In this document: piece by piece, positions 21,001 to 36,000 of the stretch
Numbering within the stretch: the stretch's first letter is position 1
Layout: the number at the start of each line of letters is the position of its first letter
Assembly: GCA_016193175.1 (NCBI GenBank)
Contig: JACPSR010000044.1
Location: 1 to 59,143, forward strand
Origin: Candidatus Omnitrophota bacterium
GTDB taxonomy: Bacteria > Omnitrophota > Gorgyraeia > Aquiviventales > Aquiviventaceae
Reading direction: 5' to 3'
DNA length: 59,143 nt
The notes under the pieces: generated by a model
Told to the model about the DNA's origin: nothing
Database searches by the model: none
Seen by the model: the letters and a program-made list of their open reading frames with translations, nothing else
Translations under genes and position numbers: made by a program

Positions 21001-24000
21001 ACCGCTTCATACGTGGAGTTCAGATGGTAGCGCTGCGCAAACTTATCGTACTTGCCAAAATGATTGCGGAGTGTTTGTTCAAGAGCGCCGCGCTGCTCCT
21101 GCTCTTGATCATCAGTATGCAAGCTAAGCGCCTGTGCTGTTACCTCATGGAGCTCAGCAGCGACCTCTTTGGCTTTTGCGACTGACGTCCCAATGTCATT
21201 GTCTTGCCTAAAGGCGGCGAATCCAGCCTGCTCCGCATTGGCAAGGATGCGGTTGTAGATCAAAGCTCCAAGGCGCTGGTCCTGTTTCAGGAGCTTCTTG
21301 AATAAGTCGAGTCTTTCTACGCGTAATTGCATTCGTTCATATGCTTCCTCCTCAGAAAGCTCCCCAGCAAGCTCCTCAGGAGAGTAGTTCAAAACGCCGG
21401 CCTCCTCAAGCTTAGCGATTTGCGCAATCATGCCTTGACGGTCTTCGGTTTGAGCCGCTGGAGAACCGGCTGGCGCTGGGTGAGTGGGTGGAACTGCGGA
21501 AACCGCCGCAGCAGAAGCCGCCGAGGCAGCGGCTCCTTCAGTAGTGCGGTACCGGGCTCCTTTCGGAGCGCGGCGCCAGCCGATCCGTCTGAGGTCGTTG
21601 CCATACCGCTCGACAACCCCAGCCCCGAGCCGGAGCGTCAGATCCCGCTGATCCTGCTCATCAGCTTGCCGCGGGGCATAGGCCAGCACGATCCGGTCAC
21701 CCTCCACCTCCATGACCACGAACACGACAGACTCTCCGATCCAGACATCTCCTGGCTGCACGTCTCTGACGAGATCGGCTCGGCCGGCCGCCACCGCGGC
21801 CCGGGCGCGTGCGCCAATGGCCTCCATGAGCGTCTGATCAAACACGCTAAACTCCGGCTGCCGCCGACTCGCGCCAAACGCCTCACGCCGCGAGCGCCGC
21901 TTAACTTCGTCTAGCAACACCTCGTCTGGCGCGGTCCCCAGGTCAACCTTCGCGATCGCCGCTATCTCCTGGCCAACCTCCTCCAGCACCCATGGTTGCG
22001 AGGCCATGGCCTCCTCAAGATTCTGTGCGGTCTTTCCTGACGCAAATTCAAGGTGGTCCTTCGTCGTTCCCCTGGGAGATGTGAGGCGGACTCCATGGAT
22101 CAGGTCTTTCTCGATCCCGAACCTCACATCAGCAACGAGAAGGAATTCTCTCAACCCCTCGCCTGAGGATACTGCCACCTCGACGACCCGGGGCTGGCCA
22201 CCGCCATCAGAAGCAGCGGAGGCGTCGAGGATTGCCATCGCCTCGTCTTTGGTCAAAACTCTCCTGCTGCTCGCGGGCGCAAGCCGGCCTGATCCCGTTG
22301 TCGTCGCCTGGCCTCGGGCTCCCGAAGCAACGGGAGCTGGCGCGGCGGGCTGGGCGCTTGCGAGTTGTTGCGCCGCATCGATATCAGCCTCGGAGATCGC
22401 CACGCCGAACGGGACCCACTCTCCACGAGCGTTCTTCAGCGCAACTTGATACCCATACCGACCGTTGGTCTCCGGGTAACGCCCCGGCTCAAAGACCTGG
22501 ACAATTCTTGCCTCTCGAGGAATCGCGTCGGCAGGCACCTGCCCTGTCGTTGGGTCTACCCATCGAGACGCAAACCCGCCACTGGGCAGGGGAGCCATCA
22601 AGATATGAACGGGTTGCTTCGAGTCTGTATACGGTTGATACCGAGGCGGCGTGGGCGCAGCAGTGGCCGAGCGTCGTCCTAATGCGACCCGTGCCTGGAC
22701 GGGGTGCGCGATCAAGGGCGCATGCGTCGCCCCGCGCCTGATGGTCCGGGTGACCTGGAGACCCACCCCCTCCACGGCGGCCACGACGTCCCCAGCAGCC
22801 CCCTCAACCGCCTTCATCGTCTTTGGATTGAAGGCATCGCCCACCGTGGGTTCGACGATCTGGCCGGCCTGCTCGCGCGTCAGGGTCTCCACGGCGGCTC
22901 GGAGCTGCGCATACACGGTTTGATGCGCCACGGTCCGAGCCCGGTGTCCGAAGAGCAGGTTCACGAGGCGCATCAGCTCAATGGCGAACTGCTCATCGGA
23001 TTGCTCGCCGCTGAACCGCAGGGTTTGCCGTAGCTGCGTCCAGACCGCATCAAGCGTCCGGGTCGTCTCGGCCTCGGCCGTCACCGCGGGATCCTGCCGC
23101 AGCCGTTGGAGGGTTTCCAGGGCCGGCGCCAGGAGCTTGGCATGGCGCTCCACCCCGTCCAGTTCTGCATCAGGCAACCCATCAAGTGAAATCTCGAACC
23201 GCTCTAACAGGACTCGTGGGTCGGTGGCCGCTTGTGGCGCGGGCGCAGCTGGGACGGCGGCGGCTGGCGCAGTGGTGCCTCGAGGCCCAGCCAGATCCAT
23301 CAACAATGCCTCGACTTCGAGTTCTACTTGCTTCTGTCGGATCGCCGCGAGGATCGCTCGCTTGATCGGCTCGGTATCTTCAGGAGTCAGACGCAGGCTG
23401 CGATCCGCTGGCACAGTGATCGAAATGCCACCGATCAAGGAGAAGGAGACGGTTACAAACGATCCTCCGGGATCGATGGCGACCGTTGGCTGGAGTTGCT
23501 CGTTGCGCTCCCCATTCATACCGATACCAAGCAGATATCCAAGTTGTGTGATGAGAAACCCCAAGCGCTGAGGGGTGGGAGGAAGTGACTGCCGGTCGAT
23601 CATCCTCGTAATGCTGCCCATGACCTGCGTGACGACCTCGGCTGTCAGATCTTTGAGGCCTTGCGGTGGAGGACCAGCTTCCCCGGGCTTTGATCCTGGG
23701 GCGGCTGGTCGAGCTTCAGCGGCAGAGGAGCGAGGAACTGCACGCCCGACAGGGATCGCGATGGCCGCAGCAGAGATGTCGTCCGGCTTGCGGTAGCGCT
23801 GTTCACCCTCATTGAGCTGATCGCGCGGGGTGGTGGCGATGCGCATAGCCTCATCGACCAGCGTGTTGACCAGCGCGTCGGGGGGTGCGTGTTGCGCCGC
23901 GATTTCCCTGATGTTCTTCTGCCCCAGATTGTCTGAGACACCATCCGACATCGCCACGATCACATCGCCTGGGTCGAGCCGTAGACGGATTTTTTGACGA

Positions 24001-27000
24001 TCCTGAAGCGCCTCGGCTCCCTCAAAGCCCAATGCGGCAGTGATCTCGTTGCGTTGAGGATGGATCTCGGCCGCTTCTTGCGAGATTTCCCCTGCGTCCA
24101 CGAGGGCTTGCACGAGCGAATCGTCTTGGCTCACCTGGATCATGTCGCCAGCAGCCGTCCGGCGGTAGAGCCGGCTGTCACCGATGTTCGCCCCAATCAG
24201 CCAGCGTTGACCGACCCCATCCGTCCACACAACGGCCACCGAAACCGTCGTTCCCATGCCCTCCTTGCCGGAGTCTTCTTGAATCTCCACAAGAATTGCC
24301 TCCTGCGCCTCAGCTATCGCCCGGTGAAGAAGTCCCTCAACGTCTTCGAGAGAGGAGGCCGCGACAAGACCCTTCGAAACGACTTCAACGATACGCTGCT
24401 GCGCTAACCGACTAGCCACCTCGCCTGCCGCGTGCCCGCCCATCCCGTCTGCTACTAAGATGAGACCGAGGTTCGCATCCTCGTAGACCGTGTCCTCGAT
24501 GGTCTCTGGAGTGGGGCGTCTTCGCTTGTCATAGGCTGTCTCTTGCCGAGAAGCGACGACATAGCCGGCGGCAGATGGCATGGCAGCGGCAATGGGCGCT
24601 GGCGCAGGTGGAGCGCCTGGCGCAACGACGGGCGGCTCACCAGGTGCTTCAGAGGAGGGTTGCTCTTTGCGGCGAATGAGCTTTGACGCGGCCGCCACAA
24701 AAACGGCCTCGTGGGAGGTTACGGCGTACACCGTGCCGGTTTCCGCTCCACGATCATCAAGCACGATAAGGAACTGACCATCAAACCGCAAGTGTGTTTG
24801 AGCTCCGTGCTCCAAGACATCCCCCGGCCGCAGCGAGTTAAGGATCGCCTGGCCAGAGGCTTTGGCTTCTGCCAGCTCAATGTCCGACGCCTCTTGATGA
24901 GTTTTGCCCGCCGCAAGGAGCTGCTGGCGTCGGGTTTCGCCTGGCCGTTGATACCGCGCGGGCTCATTGCTGGCGGCATCAGCGTACCGGGTCCCTTGCG
25001 TAACATCGGACGGCTCTGGCGCGGCAGGCGGCACGGGAGGCAAAGGAGGAGTCATTGGGGGCGCTTCAGGCGCCGGGGTGGGCGCGGCGGGCGCAGCGCC
25101 ATGCGGGGCGGCCGGCGCAGCAGGTATGGACGCTGCTGGGGGGGCTACATCCCCTGCTGCGGGCGCTTGAGGTTCAGGCGCAGGGACCGCAGCCATCTTG
25201 GCTAGAAGGGTCAGGATCTGCTGGCTGAGTTTTGCCGTCTCCTCACTGAGACCATAGGAGTCAGCCTGCTCATCCAACGTCTTGAGATCACCAAAGATTT
25301 CATCATGTGCAGCGTCATCGAGAACGCCTGGTTGCAAGCGCGTGATCACCTCGAGATATTGCGGAACGAGACTGGAGAGGAGCCCTGCCTTCTCATGCAG
25401 TTTCCTCACTTCTTCATCATCACCGAGGCCAAACGACTTGGCCTGCGCATCTGCGGCGATGAGCGACTGTTGCGCCGCTTCAAGCGCCTGATCATCCGCC
25501 ACGCCCTTCAACGCCTCGATGACCTTAACATACTTCTCGATCGCCTGGGCACGTCGGGCCTGAGCTTCGTCCACAGACGCGGCAGGTGGGGGGGGCGTGG
25601 CCCCGGCTGGGGCTGGCGCAGGAGCCACCGCTTGGCCGTCTACAGCCTGCGCTCGCTGCGCTCGTCGGCGCGCCCGGACGCGGCGGATCACATAGGCTGC
25701 TGCCAGGGCCATTGCAAGAGCGACGATGACGCCAACCACGATCGCGAGATAGGGATGCGCGTGGATCGCCTGGACCAGCGAGTCAAAGAGGCCGCTTGCT
25801 CCCGTCGTTGCGTGCTCGCCGCCGCTCGAAGTCGCGCTCGGCGGCTGTACCACATGCTCATCAACGCTCCAGGACGGTGGTGCGCTCGGCAAGGACTGGC
25901 CAGTGAGCTTGGCGATGACCTCTTGAGTCGCGAATTCCTGTGGAATCTGAATTTTTTGTCCAACCTCGATGATCTCCGGATTGCTGATGGCGTTGGTCTT
26001 GGCGATCTCTTGAACGAGATTAGCGATCTGGGTATTCGTCGGCTCGACCCCCTTGGCCTTCAGGATGTCGCGCGCAATGCCCCACAGGGTGTTCTGGGAG
26101 GGATTCGCAAACGTCCAGCGATCCGGCACGGCCAGGAGATTCGACGCTTTGGTAAGGAACTGATGCGCCAGGGCCACCCCGGGCCCAAGAAGGACCGCTC
26201 CCACCGCCACCACGCCCATCATGACAAGTTTTGGCCAGGCCTTCCGAATCATCCCGCGAAGGAAACTGCGCGAGACCCGTTGTGTGCCCGCCGTCGGCTC
26301 GGCGGGCAGCTCGGCAGATGCGTGAGGCGCGAACTCAGCGGACAGCTCTACAATTGGGTTGCCGGCATGCCAACCGTCCCAGGCGTTGCCCTCCTCGTCG
26401 GGCATCCACAATTCAATGGGCGCTATTCCAACAGCGGGCTGGCCTCTGAACGGAATAGGATGTTCTCGGTCGTACTGGGTTATTCCCCACGGTTTCTCGC
26501 TGTCGGTACGTCCAACGAGGTGGAGTCTGTCGCCACGGAACACCACGCGTACCTCACCGCTGAGCGTACCGTGGAGGCCAATGCGTTGAGCGTCTTCAGG
26601 CGAGACGTACACCGTGCGGACGCTCGGCGGCTTCACACCGACGTCGCTGGCAGGGTGGCCGGGGTGTGGTGTCTTTGTGCGGCGCGTCCGCCCTCGCTCG
26701 TCTACCTCATACGTGGATCCCTGGGCTGTGACCAAGACTTGCGTCACGCGCCCAAAGGGGCCAGGGCTCTCTGATCGTAGTTTCGATGGTTCGCTGGGCG
26801 GCTGGGGTCCCGTCGTCAAGGGGTGGAGACGCCAGCGGCGCAGGAAGCGCGTCAGATTGGAGAGGCCGTTCCAGAGCAACCCGTGAGCGGTGGCTTCCGG
26901 CCGCGTCGCCTCGGTCATCAGGCTCGGCATCCCCCCGCGCGGCGTCCCGGAGGGCAGCGGGCCTAGCGCACCCGCTTTTGATACCTCCGGAACCGCATTG

Positions 27001-30000
27001 AACGCGCGAGCAGGAACCTGATCGGCAAGACGATCCGTCCCCGGTCGTTTAAGCGCAACATCCCGACTCGCCTTTTCATCTGTCACCTCCTGTTGAAACC
27101 AGCCTCGGGACTTTCCAAAAAGGGCGATTCCGCCGAACAGCCAACTGGAGAGCAACCCAAGCGCGCCGTCCGGGGCAACGCCGGCCACCGTCGGCATCCC
27201 GGCGCCAATGGGTACCGCAGGCGTCAGCGACGCCAACCAAGTGCCTACCGCTTGGAGCGCCGGCGTCACAAACGGCGCCACCGCCTGGAACAGAAGGTAC
27301 GCCAGTCCCATGAGCACCATCGCTTGCGACGCCGGTGAGACCTCCTTAAAGAAATCCCTCATCATGCCTTTGAAGATGTTCTCCTGCTTAGGCGTGAGCG
27401 GTTCCGGCGTCCGTTCAATGGCTGGCCCGGATGTGCCGGGCACTGATGGCTCGACGGGCGGAGCGGGCGACGCTTGCTCAGGCTTGGCCTCAGGCGCTTC
27501 TGGTGGGGCGGCTGACGGCGCTGGCTTGGCTTCAGCAGCCGGCGCGTGACGCGCAGCGCTTGCGGCCGCCGTTTCGGCTACGTCTGGCGCAGCGGGTGCA
27601 GGCGTAGCGGCTGCTGGCACAGTGGCTGGAATTGGCGCGGTGGCGTTGGACTGCCGGACTTGGGTGGTAGCGGCCGGAGTCGCAGGTCTGGCGGCTGCCC
27701 CTGGCTGTGCGGCTGGCGCAGGCGCTCCCAAGGCCTGTCTCAGCCGGGTAAGCGCGAGATTGCGCCGAAGCTCGTTGCTAAATTCAGGATCAGTTCCTGG
27801 ATCGGCGCGCTGGGCCGCTTCGAAGTGCGCGAGGGCGTCTTGATATCGGGCCTCGTTCCAAGCGCGAATTCCCTCGTTGGCATGGCCGAGCGCCACATTG
27901 TATTGAGCCGCTGCAAGACGGTGTTGAACGGTCTGGGCGAGTTCGGCATCCTCCGCATCCTCCGATGAGACGCGCCCAAGGGCCTTCTGATAGCTGTCAA
28001 TCGCATCCCCATATCGCTGTTCCTCAAACGCGGCGTTTCCGATCATGGCATAGGCGCCCGCGTCCGTAATCTTCGACGCCGGATCAAACAGGAGGAGATG
28101 GCGTATGATTTCCTTGGCCCACTCATCGAGACTGACTGCTCTGGCGAGTTGCACAATAGGCTTCGGCGCAATCTTCAGAACCTGCCGCTTCTCTTTCTCC
28201 TCGGCGCCTGGCACTTCAACCTCAACATCTTCCACCGTGGACTGCGCCATGACAGCGGATCGTCTCTTCGCCGCTTCCGGCAAGGAGAGCTCCCTGATCA
28301 GATCGTGGTCCACCGCGGCGAGGATGCGTGCCGTCTCGAGGTCGATCTGCGAATCCACCATAAGAAAGAAGAGCCACGGGTCGCGGTCCATCTGAGCGGC
28401 CGCCTCCTGCACCATCCCAACCGTCGGCTGCTTGCCCTCCAGCCCTCGCAGCTCCCTGAGGCGATCTCTGGCTGCCTGGGACGTGCGATGGAGGTTCGCC
28501 AAGATCAGGAGCGGGGGAACCGGCGGCTTGCCTTCCTGGGTCTTCGCCTGGCTGCTGAGCGCGCTCATGAGTCGCGCCCAGGACATCAAGGCCTGATTGC
28601 GTGCCAGTGAGATGATGTCACCAGCAGACGGCATGGTGGGAGCGGCCAGGTGCCGCACATCGACCCCTTCGGTCAACTTCGGGTTCACGTCATTCAGAGC
28701 TGTCACCAACGTCTCAACCCCCTCCAGCTCAGCTTCCGTCGTGCCCAACCCGAGGAAGAACTGGGCGACGACCAGCGGCGAAGCCTTGTTCGTCTCGGCG
28801 AGCTTCTGAACCGCTTCGAAGGTCACCGCCTCGTTGGGCTTGAGGATCCCCTCGATCGCTTCTCCCTCACCCTCGTACAATTTCTTGACATCCAGCGCGG
28901 TCTCATAGGCGCCGGCAGATGCAGGCGCTTTCGGCGTATCGTATTTGGTGATGAGGTTCGCGACATCGAGCGGCGTGCGCGCTGCCATCGCTTCCTGGAT
29001 CGGCACCGCCGACGCAATGCCGAGGGTCTTTAACCCCTGCCACACGGCTCTGATTCGCTTGCGCTTCTTCTCATCGGCGTCCGGGAAGAAGAGAGGAATG
29101 AACATGGCGCTGGTGATGGCCGCTGAGCGTGGAGTCTGAGGCGCGGGTTCAGGGGCTCGCGGGACGCCACCGCGACCTCCTCCACCAGGCGGGCTCGGAG
29201 GAACGCCGATACCGCCCCCGGTCCCTCCACCGCCTCCAGGGCCGCCACCGGAGATACCTCCACCACCGCCCCCGGTCCCTCCACCGCCAACTCCACCACC
29301 ACCAGGAGGCACCGGAGGAACAACACCACCACTCCCGCCACCAGGAGGCGCAGGTTCAGGACCTCGCGGGACGCCACCGGCACCTCCACCAGGCGGGCTC
29401 GGAGGAACGCCGATACCGCCCCCGGTCCCTCCACCGCCTCCAGGACCGCCACCAGGAGGCGCAGGAGGAATCGTGCCGCCACCAACAGGAGGAGATTGGG
29501 GAATCATGCCTGAGCCGCCACCTGGTGGGATACCGCCGCCCCCAACTGGCGGCGTCGGAGGAACAGCGCTGCCACTGCTCGGCATCGATGGAACGCTGGG
29601 CCCTTCCACGCTCGTTGGCGGTGTGGATGAGACGCTACCGCCGCTAGGAGGCATGGGAGGAACAGCGCCACCTCCGCTACCAGCCCCGCTGCTCCCTGAA
29701 CCTACACTTGAGGATTGATCTCGGCGCATCGCCTCCGCCAGGCGCTCTAACGTCCCAAACGTGACGGCGGTGTTCTCTAAGGCGCGCTGCGCGCGGGTTA
29801 TTCGTTTTCCATCGAGAGCTCCTACTTTCACTTGCTCTCCACCTTGCTGCTTCTGTTGCACTCGCTCAACGATCTTTCGTGCCTTTTGGGCCTTCTTCTG
29901 GGCGGACGCTTGCCCTTTAATGATGTCGCCAAGCTCCCGATACAGCGTCGGGTAGGCCGAGGCGTCAATCCGATCCCGAATGAACTTGGCCAGGATCAGC

Positions 30001-33000
30001 GGATCGGATGAGGTGCGTAGGCCACGGATTTCCTCAGCGGTGACCTGAGTCTCTCCAATGGCTGACCAAAAACTATTCAATGCCTGGCCAATAACAAGCA
30101 GTCCCTCAAGCGACGAAAGCCTATGGTCATCGAGATCCACGAGCCCCACGTTCAGCAGATGTCTCGCGGTTTCAAAGGCCTGCTGGGTGGACAGTTCTCC
30201 TAAGCGATGTTCCGCGTTATCCGCTTGACTGGGGAACACCCCTAGACCCAAAGCCGCAGCCAGGTTACGTTGTTCATCATCGTTGGCATTGGCGATCCCC
30301 AACACGACGCTTAGGAATCGTAAGCCACGATAGTTCAATTCATCAGTACCTGGTTTCACAAGCCCATTGCCTGGGTCTCTCAGCCAAGCAACCAGGGCTG
30401 AGTCTTCAAACACCGCTTTCCCGTCTCGTGGAACGCCACTCCCCTCAGTCGGTGGCGCCGGAGAAACCGTGCTGCCATCGCCGCGTTCCAGTTGTTGAAG
30501 CTCTGTGACGGTCTTCGGAACGTCGTCCATTGACCTTGTCAGCACAGCGCGAGGGGCTTGCACTTCCGATACAAGCTTTGGATAGCTCTCAGCACTTCGG
30601 CGAGCGTTGATCAGCTGCACCAACTGAGCCGGGGTCTTGGCATGGACCGCAGCGCTTTGCATGATCGGTTGGTCAACGCTGGAGCCTCCGAGACGCACCT
30701 CCAGCGCACCAGGCTCCTCTGACTCGCCGATCCATCGCTCAATCTCTGCGCGACTGAGGCCATCGAGCTTGTCCAGAAGTGGGACGAGGTTTTCCCGAAC
30801 CCACGCAACCTCTAACTTCGCAAGGGCCGTTAAATTGGGCCCAGGCTCTTGCTGTTTGCCGATACGCAACGCATTATTAATAGAATCAAACTCCTGCGCT
30901 TGATATGTCAACTTGCCAATGACATCCGCGATCTGCGGATTCCGAGTCGCCATCCTATTCAATAAGGCGTGCTTCAAGCGCGTCATGTTACCAGCGTCGC
31001 GTTCAAAGGCCAGTTGTTGAAGGATAGCGCGCTGCCGGGCTTCTGCGTGGCGTTCCAAACTTGCCATCGGATTCCCACTCATGACGATCTCGCGAGCCCA
31101 TCCACCCTCGTCAATGAGCACGACTTGCATAGAGATTGGACGCTCAAAATCAACTGGATCGCCCTCTCCACGGAACCGGCCCTTGGCTTGTTGAAGCTCC
31201 CACCGTGGGTTGTCTTTACCTCCGATCAGGACCGGCTGTGTCCGATCGTCAGCGCGCGGATCCATGCCCCGGTTGCGAGGTCGCAACCAAAGCTCCACCA
31301 TCCCCTTGTGTTTTTCGTCCATACGCATGGTTTTTACCTGAGGCAATTCCTCGCCAGTCCTAGCAGACCGCCTTGGGCTCTGGCCTTTTCCAACCTCAAA
31401 GAGAAGCTCTTCCGGGTTGTTCATCTCTCCTGGTCTATAGTAGTTATTGTCTCCGTTGGCCTCGAGGATGACGCGTTCATGGTCTTTGAAAAGCTCCAGG
31501 AATGCGGCCCGAGCCTCGCTCTCCGGCGTCCTGCGATCAATCATTACAAATACCACATTCGTTTTGCCTGCCAGAGCCAATGCGCCCCTTTCCAGAGATT
31601 CTCGAGTCTCCAGCATCTCCTCCCGAACACTTGGCGCGGTCTCCAGTTCTTCAGCTCGGAATGGATGACGCCCCCCAAAGGGCGTCTCCCCGCGGCTTCG
31701 AACTGAGACTCCAAATTCAAAGCCGAGATGCTCAGCGACCAAATCCAAGTCAGAGGCGGAACCAAGGAAACTTTTGGCATGGGTTAACAACTCCTCCATC
31801 GCATCGGCGGCGCTCACTCGTTCCAAGTTCTCACTAATGCGAAGTTCACTGGGATCAAGGCTCCACGAGGACACATCAACGCCCGCTGCTGCATACCGTT
31901 CGATAATCCGCGGCTTCACAAGGTTGTTCAGTACAAGCAGTTCGATCGGATCATTGAATCTCACCCGCTCGTTCCGGGTCCCAGACCTACGCACAGGCAC
32001 GAGGTCTCCCGCCTTTGCATATCCTGTGGTCTTAAGGACAGTTGAAAACTGGGTTCCTTCTCCAGCCCACCAACCCATGGAAGCCTTTCTGAAGTACGCA
32101 AGGAGCATTCGCCCTTGAGGATCCTTCTCCATCTGCTGGATCGAACCAAATTCGTTTTGAAATTCCTGCTCGAACCGTTTTTCCACAACTGGATCCCAGT
32201 AAGGTTTTTCGACGTCTTCCTTGACAAGATGATCCGCCAGCTGGACGCTTTCGGCTTCGAGTCGCCGTAGGAATTGGTCCACACGTTCGCCTGCTTTCAC
32301 AAGCCTTGAGGAGATGGGAACGCCTTGTTCTCCGCCTTGCCCTGTCGCAAGTTGGAGGTCCTCAGCTTCCAACACGGTGTCTAGCTCATCTACTTGCGCG
32401 TGTCTTCTTAACAGGTTTTCTTTGATTCGGGTCCATGCGCCACCAAAACGGCGATCGTTTGAAACGAGGAGTTGCAACTCGTGGACATCCTGCAGAATCG
32501 CAAAATCTAATCGCCTCACAGCTCCTTCAACTGCGGCTAGGGCGATAGGATCGTTGGCCTTGGCTGTCAATTGCGACCCATCAGCAGCCTGGATAGTAAT
32601 CACGCCTGGGCCGATTTCGAGTAGGCCGGTGACAATGCCCTGCTGAAGCAAACGAGGCCCGAGCTTACCGGCAGTATCCTCGGCTACCCACCGTTCATGT
32701 GTTAGCAGGAGCGCTTGCCCTCCCGCTCGATGTGTATCCAAAACGTAAGTCGCGGTGAGGAAAGTTGTCTTCCCGCTCCCTGTCGGCCCCGATAAGCCAA
32801 TCAGAACCGCTTGTGCTTGTTTGGTTCCTGATGAGAACAGTTGTGGTTTTTCGGCATCATAGTCGACCATCATGGCTCTCTGATCTCTGCCGCTGTAGGT
32901 CGCTAGTTCACCCTCCTTGGCATGACCAAGGACGCGTGCCGTCTCGATGTGTTCCGGATTTGTGATAGGGATGCGCTCAGCGACTTTGACTTGCGCTCCC

Positions 33001-36000
33001 CGCCGGCCACCGATGGGATGTCCAGAGGCATCGAGGACCTGCGCTTTTGGACGGCTTCCAACGCGATCTCCGTAGGCATCGAATAAGTTAGAGGGCCTCT
33101 CGGGCGATCGGATGCCTGGCGGAGGCTGCGAGGGATCAAGGTTGAGGGTGTGAGTCCTGCCGCCTGAAGAAGCTTGTGGAGCGCCCGCTTCCTTCGCGGC
33201 TTGCGCGGCGATTTGCGCCTGGAGTTCCGCTTCGAATTTCGCGTCAGCGCGCGCCTGTTTCTCCGCCGCGATGGCTTGCCTTGCAGCCCGCTCGACGTCA
33301 AGAATGATCCGATTCGCCTTAGGAGACGGATGAGGAGCTTTATTCCAGTTAACCTCAGCGGGATCCTTGCCTTGGGTCACGAATTCCTTGACTTTTAGTA
33401 GTGTGAGCCCATTGGCAGCTTGAGAGCTATCTTCGCTTTTGGCGAGCAACTCTGTGACGTCCGGACGCTCGTAGAATGCTTTGACGCGGGCTTCGAATGC
33501 GGCAGGGTCTGAGAGGGGAGCTTCGGCTCGTGGCTTGGCCTGGGTCAATTCCGGAGGCGCACGGGGAGCCTGCGACTCAACCACAGGAGCCTGACGAATC
33601 GGTGGTTCGGAGGAAACCTTCAAGCCTGTCCCTGGTTCCATGGGCGGCACGGTTAGTGTGGGAGGTGCTGTCACTCCATGAGGCCCATTCAGCCCGCCGT
33701 ACCGCTCTTTGATAATCTCGCCAGCGAGAAGCCAAGCGCCCTTATACCTGCTTTCGGTGGCCATCCGATCGACGTCTGCGGCAGGAACCCCGTGCGTCTT
33801 TAAGAAGTTGCTCAAATGGCTTGACATTGCAGCGAAGCCCAAACCCTTTTCTGCTGCACGGATTCCGTCGATGATCAGGGGATCGACGGTTTCAAGCCCT
33901 TGATATCCGGGTTCCCCAGGTCGAGGCGCCCCGCCGCCGATCGGACGGACTGCGCTGAGGCTCCCATCCGGCTGCTGCTCCACGATGAGCTGACCGGCGC
34001 GCGCCGCTGCGATAGGATCGTTGGGAATCGCACCGCCTAGAAAGCGAATGGGCTTACCGGGATTCGCTTCAAGCAGGCGCGCAGCCGCCTCGCCTTCTAT
34101 AACCTGAGACTCAGCGCGACCAAACTCGAACGCCGCATCCCTGGTTTGACTCAAGCGCCCCAGCAATCCCCCCGGCATCCCGACGTCGCCAGAAGCTGTC
34201 CGTTCCATTCCAAACACCGGCGCTTCCTGAAAACTCATGTAGGCAATGGGACCTGGGCCACCCAAGGACACTGGTGGCGCCGCCATATCCGCCGTCGGAA
34301 TGCGAGGCTCAAACACCAGGCGATCCCCAGGCCGCAACGGCGTGTCCAAGCGGCCGACGTCTAACACCTCGACGCGGTCGTCAGGGCCGATGCGCCGCAG
34401 CTCAACGCCATCACCAAGCACGCCGGTGTATGGGTTGAAGACATGCGGGGGCATCGCGCCGTTCACGCTGAGTAATGCCGTCAGGGCGGTGTGGCCTGTT
34501 CCGGTCAAGGAAAGACCCTCTCCAGGGCCAGGGACCATGATCGTGACCACCGGGCCTAGATCCACCTCTGGCTGGGGTGTCGTGATGGCCAGAGGGGGTG
34601 TGGTTGGCAGGCTGGCTGGAAGCGCGATGGGACCGATCCTGACTGGAGCCACTTCGGAGAGCAGGCTGGGACCGGATGGTGCGGGGGTGGCTTCCACTGG
34701 CGTCGGTAGCGCGAGTCGTGGCATCGCAACCTCGGGCGCCAGCACCGGTGGCGAGGCAAGGCGTGCGCCTCCCACTCCACTCGCAGCGCCCGCAGTGTCC
34801 GAGGCTGTCCCGATAAGAGCAGGCAGATCGGGCCTGAGCACCCCTGTTGTGGCGACCGGCTCAGCAGAGACTTGCGCTGGCAAAGCTGAAGACGTGCCAA
34901 GCGCAGGATTGGCGGCGGTCTCTGCTGCGAGCCGTCCTGGAATCTGACCCGGATCCTGTGACAACCTAAGTTCCGGTAACGACGCAGGCCGTGTAGCTCC
35001 AACCCCGGTTGCTTCCGAGGCTGCCGCGACAATATCAGCAGGCGCCGGCGGCAACGCCAGCCTTGAAACTCCCATTCCAGTGGCTTCCGGTGCATAGGCC
35101 GTCGTCGGTTGCACGGCTTCCCTACTACCCCTGAACCACTCGCTCACTCCGGTTGCGAAATCCCCCACCCAAGCCCCTACTCTATAGGCAGTCCCTGGAC
35201 CGTTTTCGACGAAATCATTCAACACGTGTCTTGCCTGGTCGATTTGGTTTAGCTTCTCTGTCGCTTTGAGAAACTCTGCGTGATAAGGGCTGCCCGGATT
35301 CACGTCATCAGCGTATCTAAGAGTATCCCGCCGATACGGACGAGCAGCTTCTCTACCCGCATCGGCGATGGATTCTACGGTGGCGGCTAAAGGATTTTCG
35401 ATGCCGAGGGTCTGGGCAGCCGAAGTGACTTCAGAAGTCAGCTCTCGAGGAGACATCCCACGCACACCCGCGGTAAACTCTCGAGCGCTGGAGACGAGAC
35501 CTCGACTCAACTCTATCGTGCCTCCGAGATTGCCAACCAGCATACCCGCGACATTACCCACCCCCACAAAGGTTGCATAACCCCCGCTGTCCTTGGGGTA
35601 ATTAAGAAACTCAGCAACCTGTCCCCCTGCATAGGAACCAATGACCATTCCACCAAATGCACCCAGATGGCCAGGCATCGCTGCAGTCACAGCCTCCGCT
35701 GTCTGTGACAATGCCAATCCAACGTCTCCGGCCGCTGCGCCCCTGGCAAATCGTGGGATTCCCGTTGTGAAAACTGGGAGAAGCGCCAAAGTAGTAAGCT
35801 GTACCGCAGCCATCATCGGATTGGCATCTATGAGAGTCATGAAGTCGCTCGCCATGTTGGAGAAGCTGGCGATTGTCTCCCTTGGAGCAATTACCGCGTG
35901 CAATGGTAATCCCACGAAAATTCCCGTTAACAATTGTCCCACGTATAACGGCACGCCGGCCCCGAGTGCTGTTTCGCTATACGACGTGTTGACGGCTATC

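Noticed and set aside
29130-29700. Collagen-like triple-helix repeat.
   Set aside because: The Gly spacing is irregular (runs of GGG and PPxPP), not strict G-X-Y.
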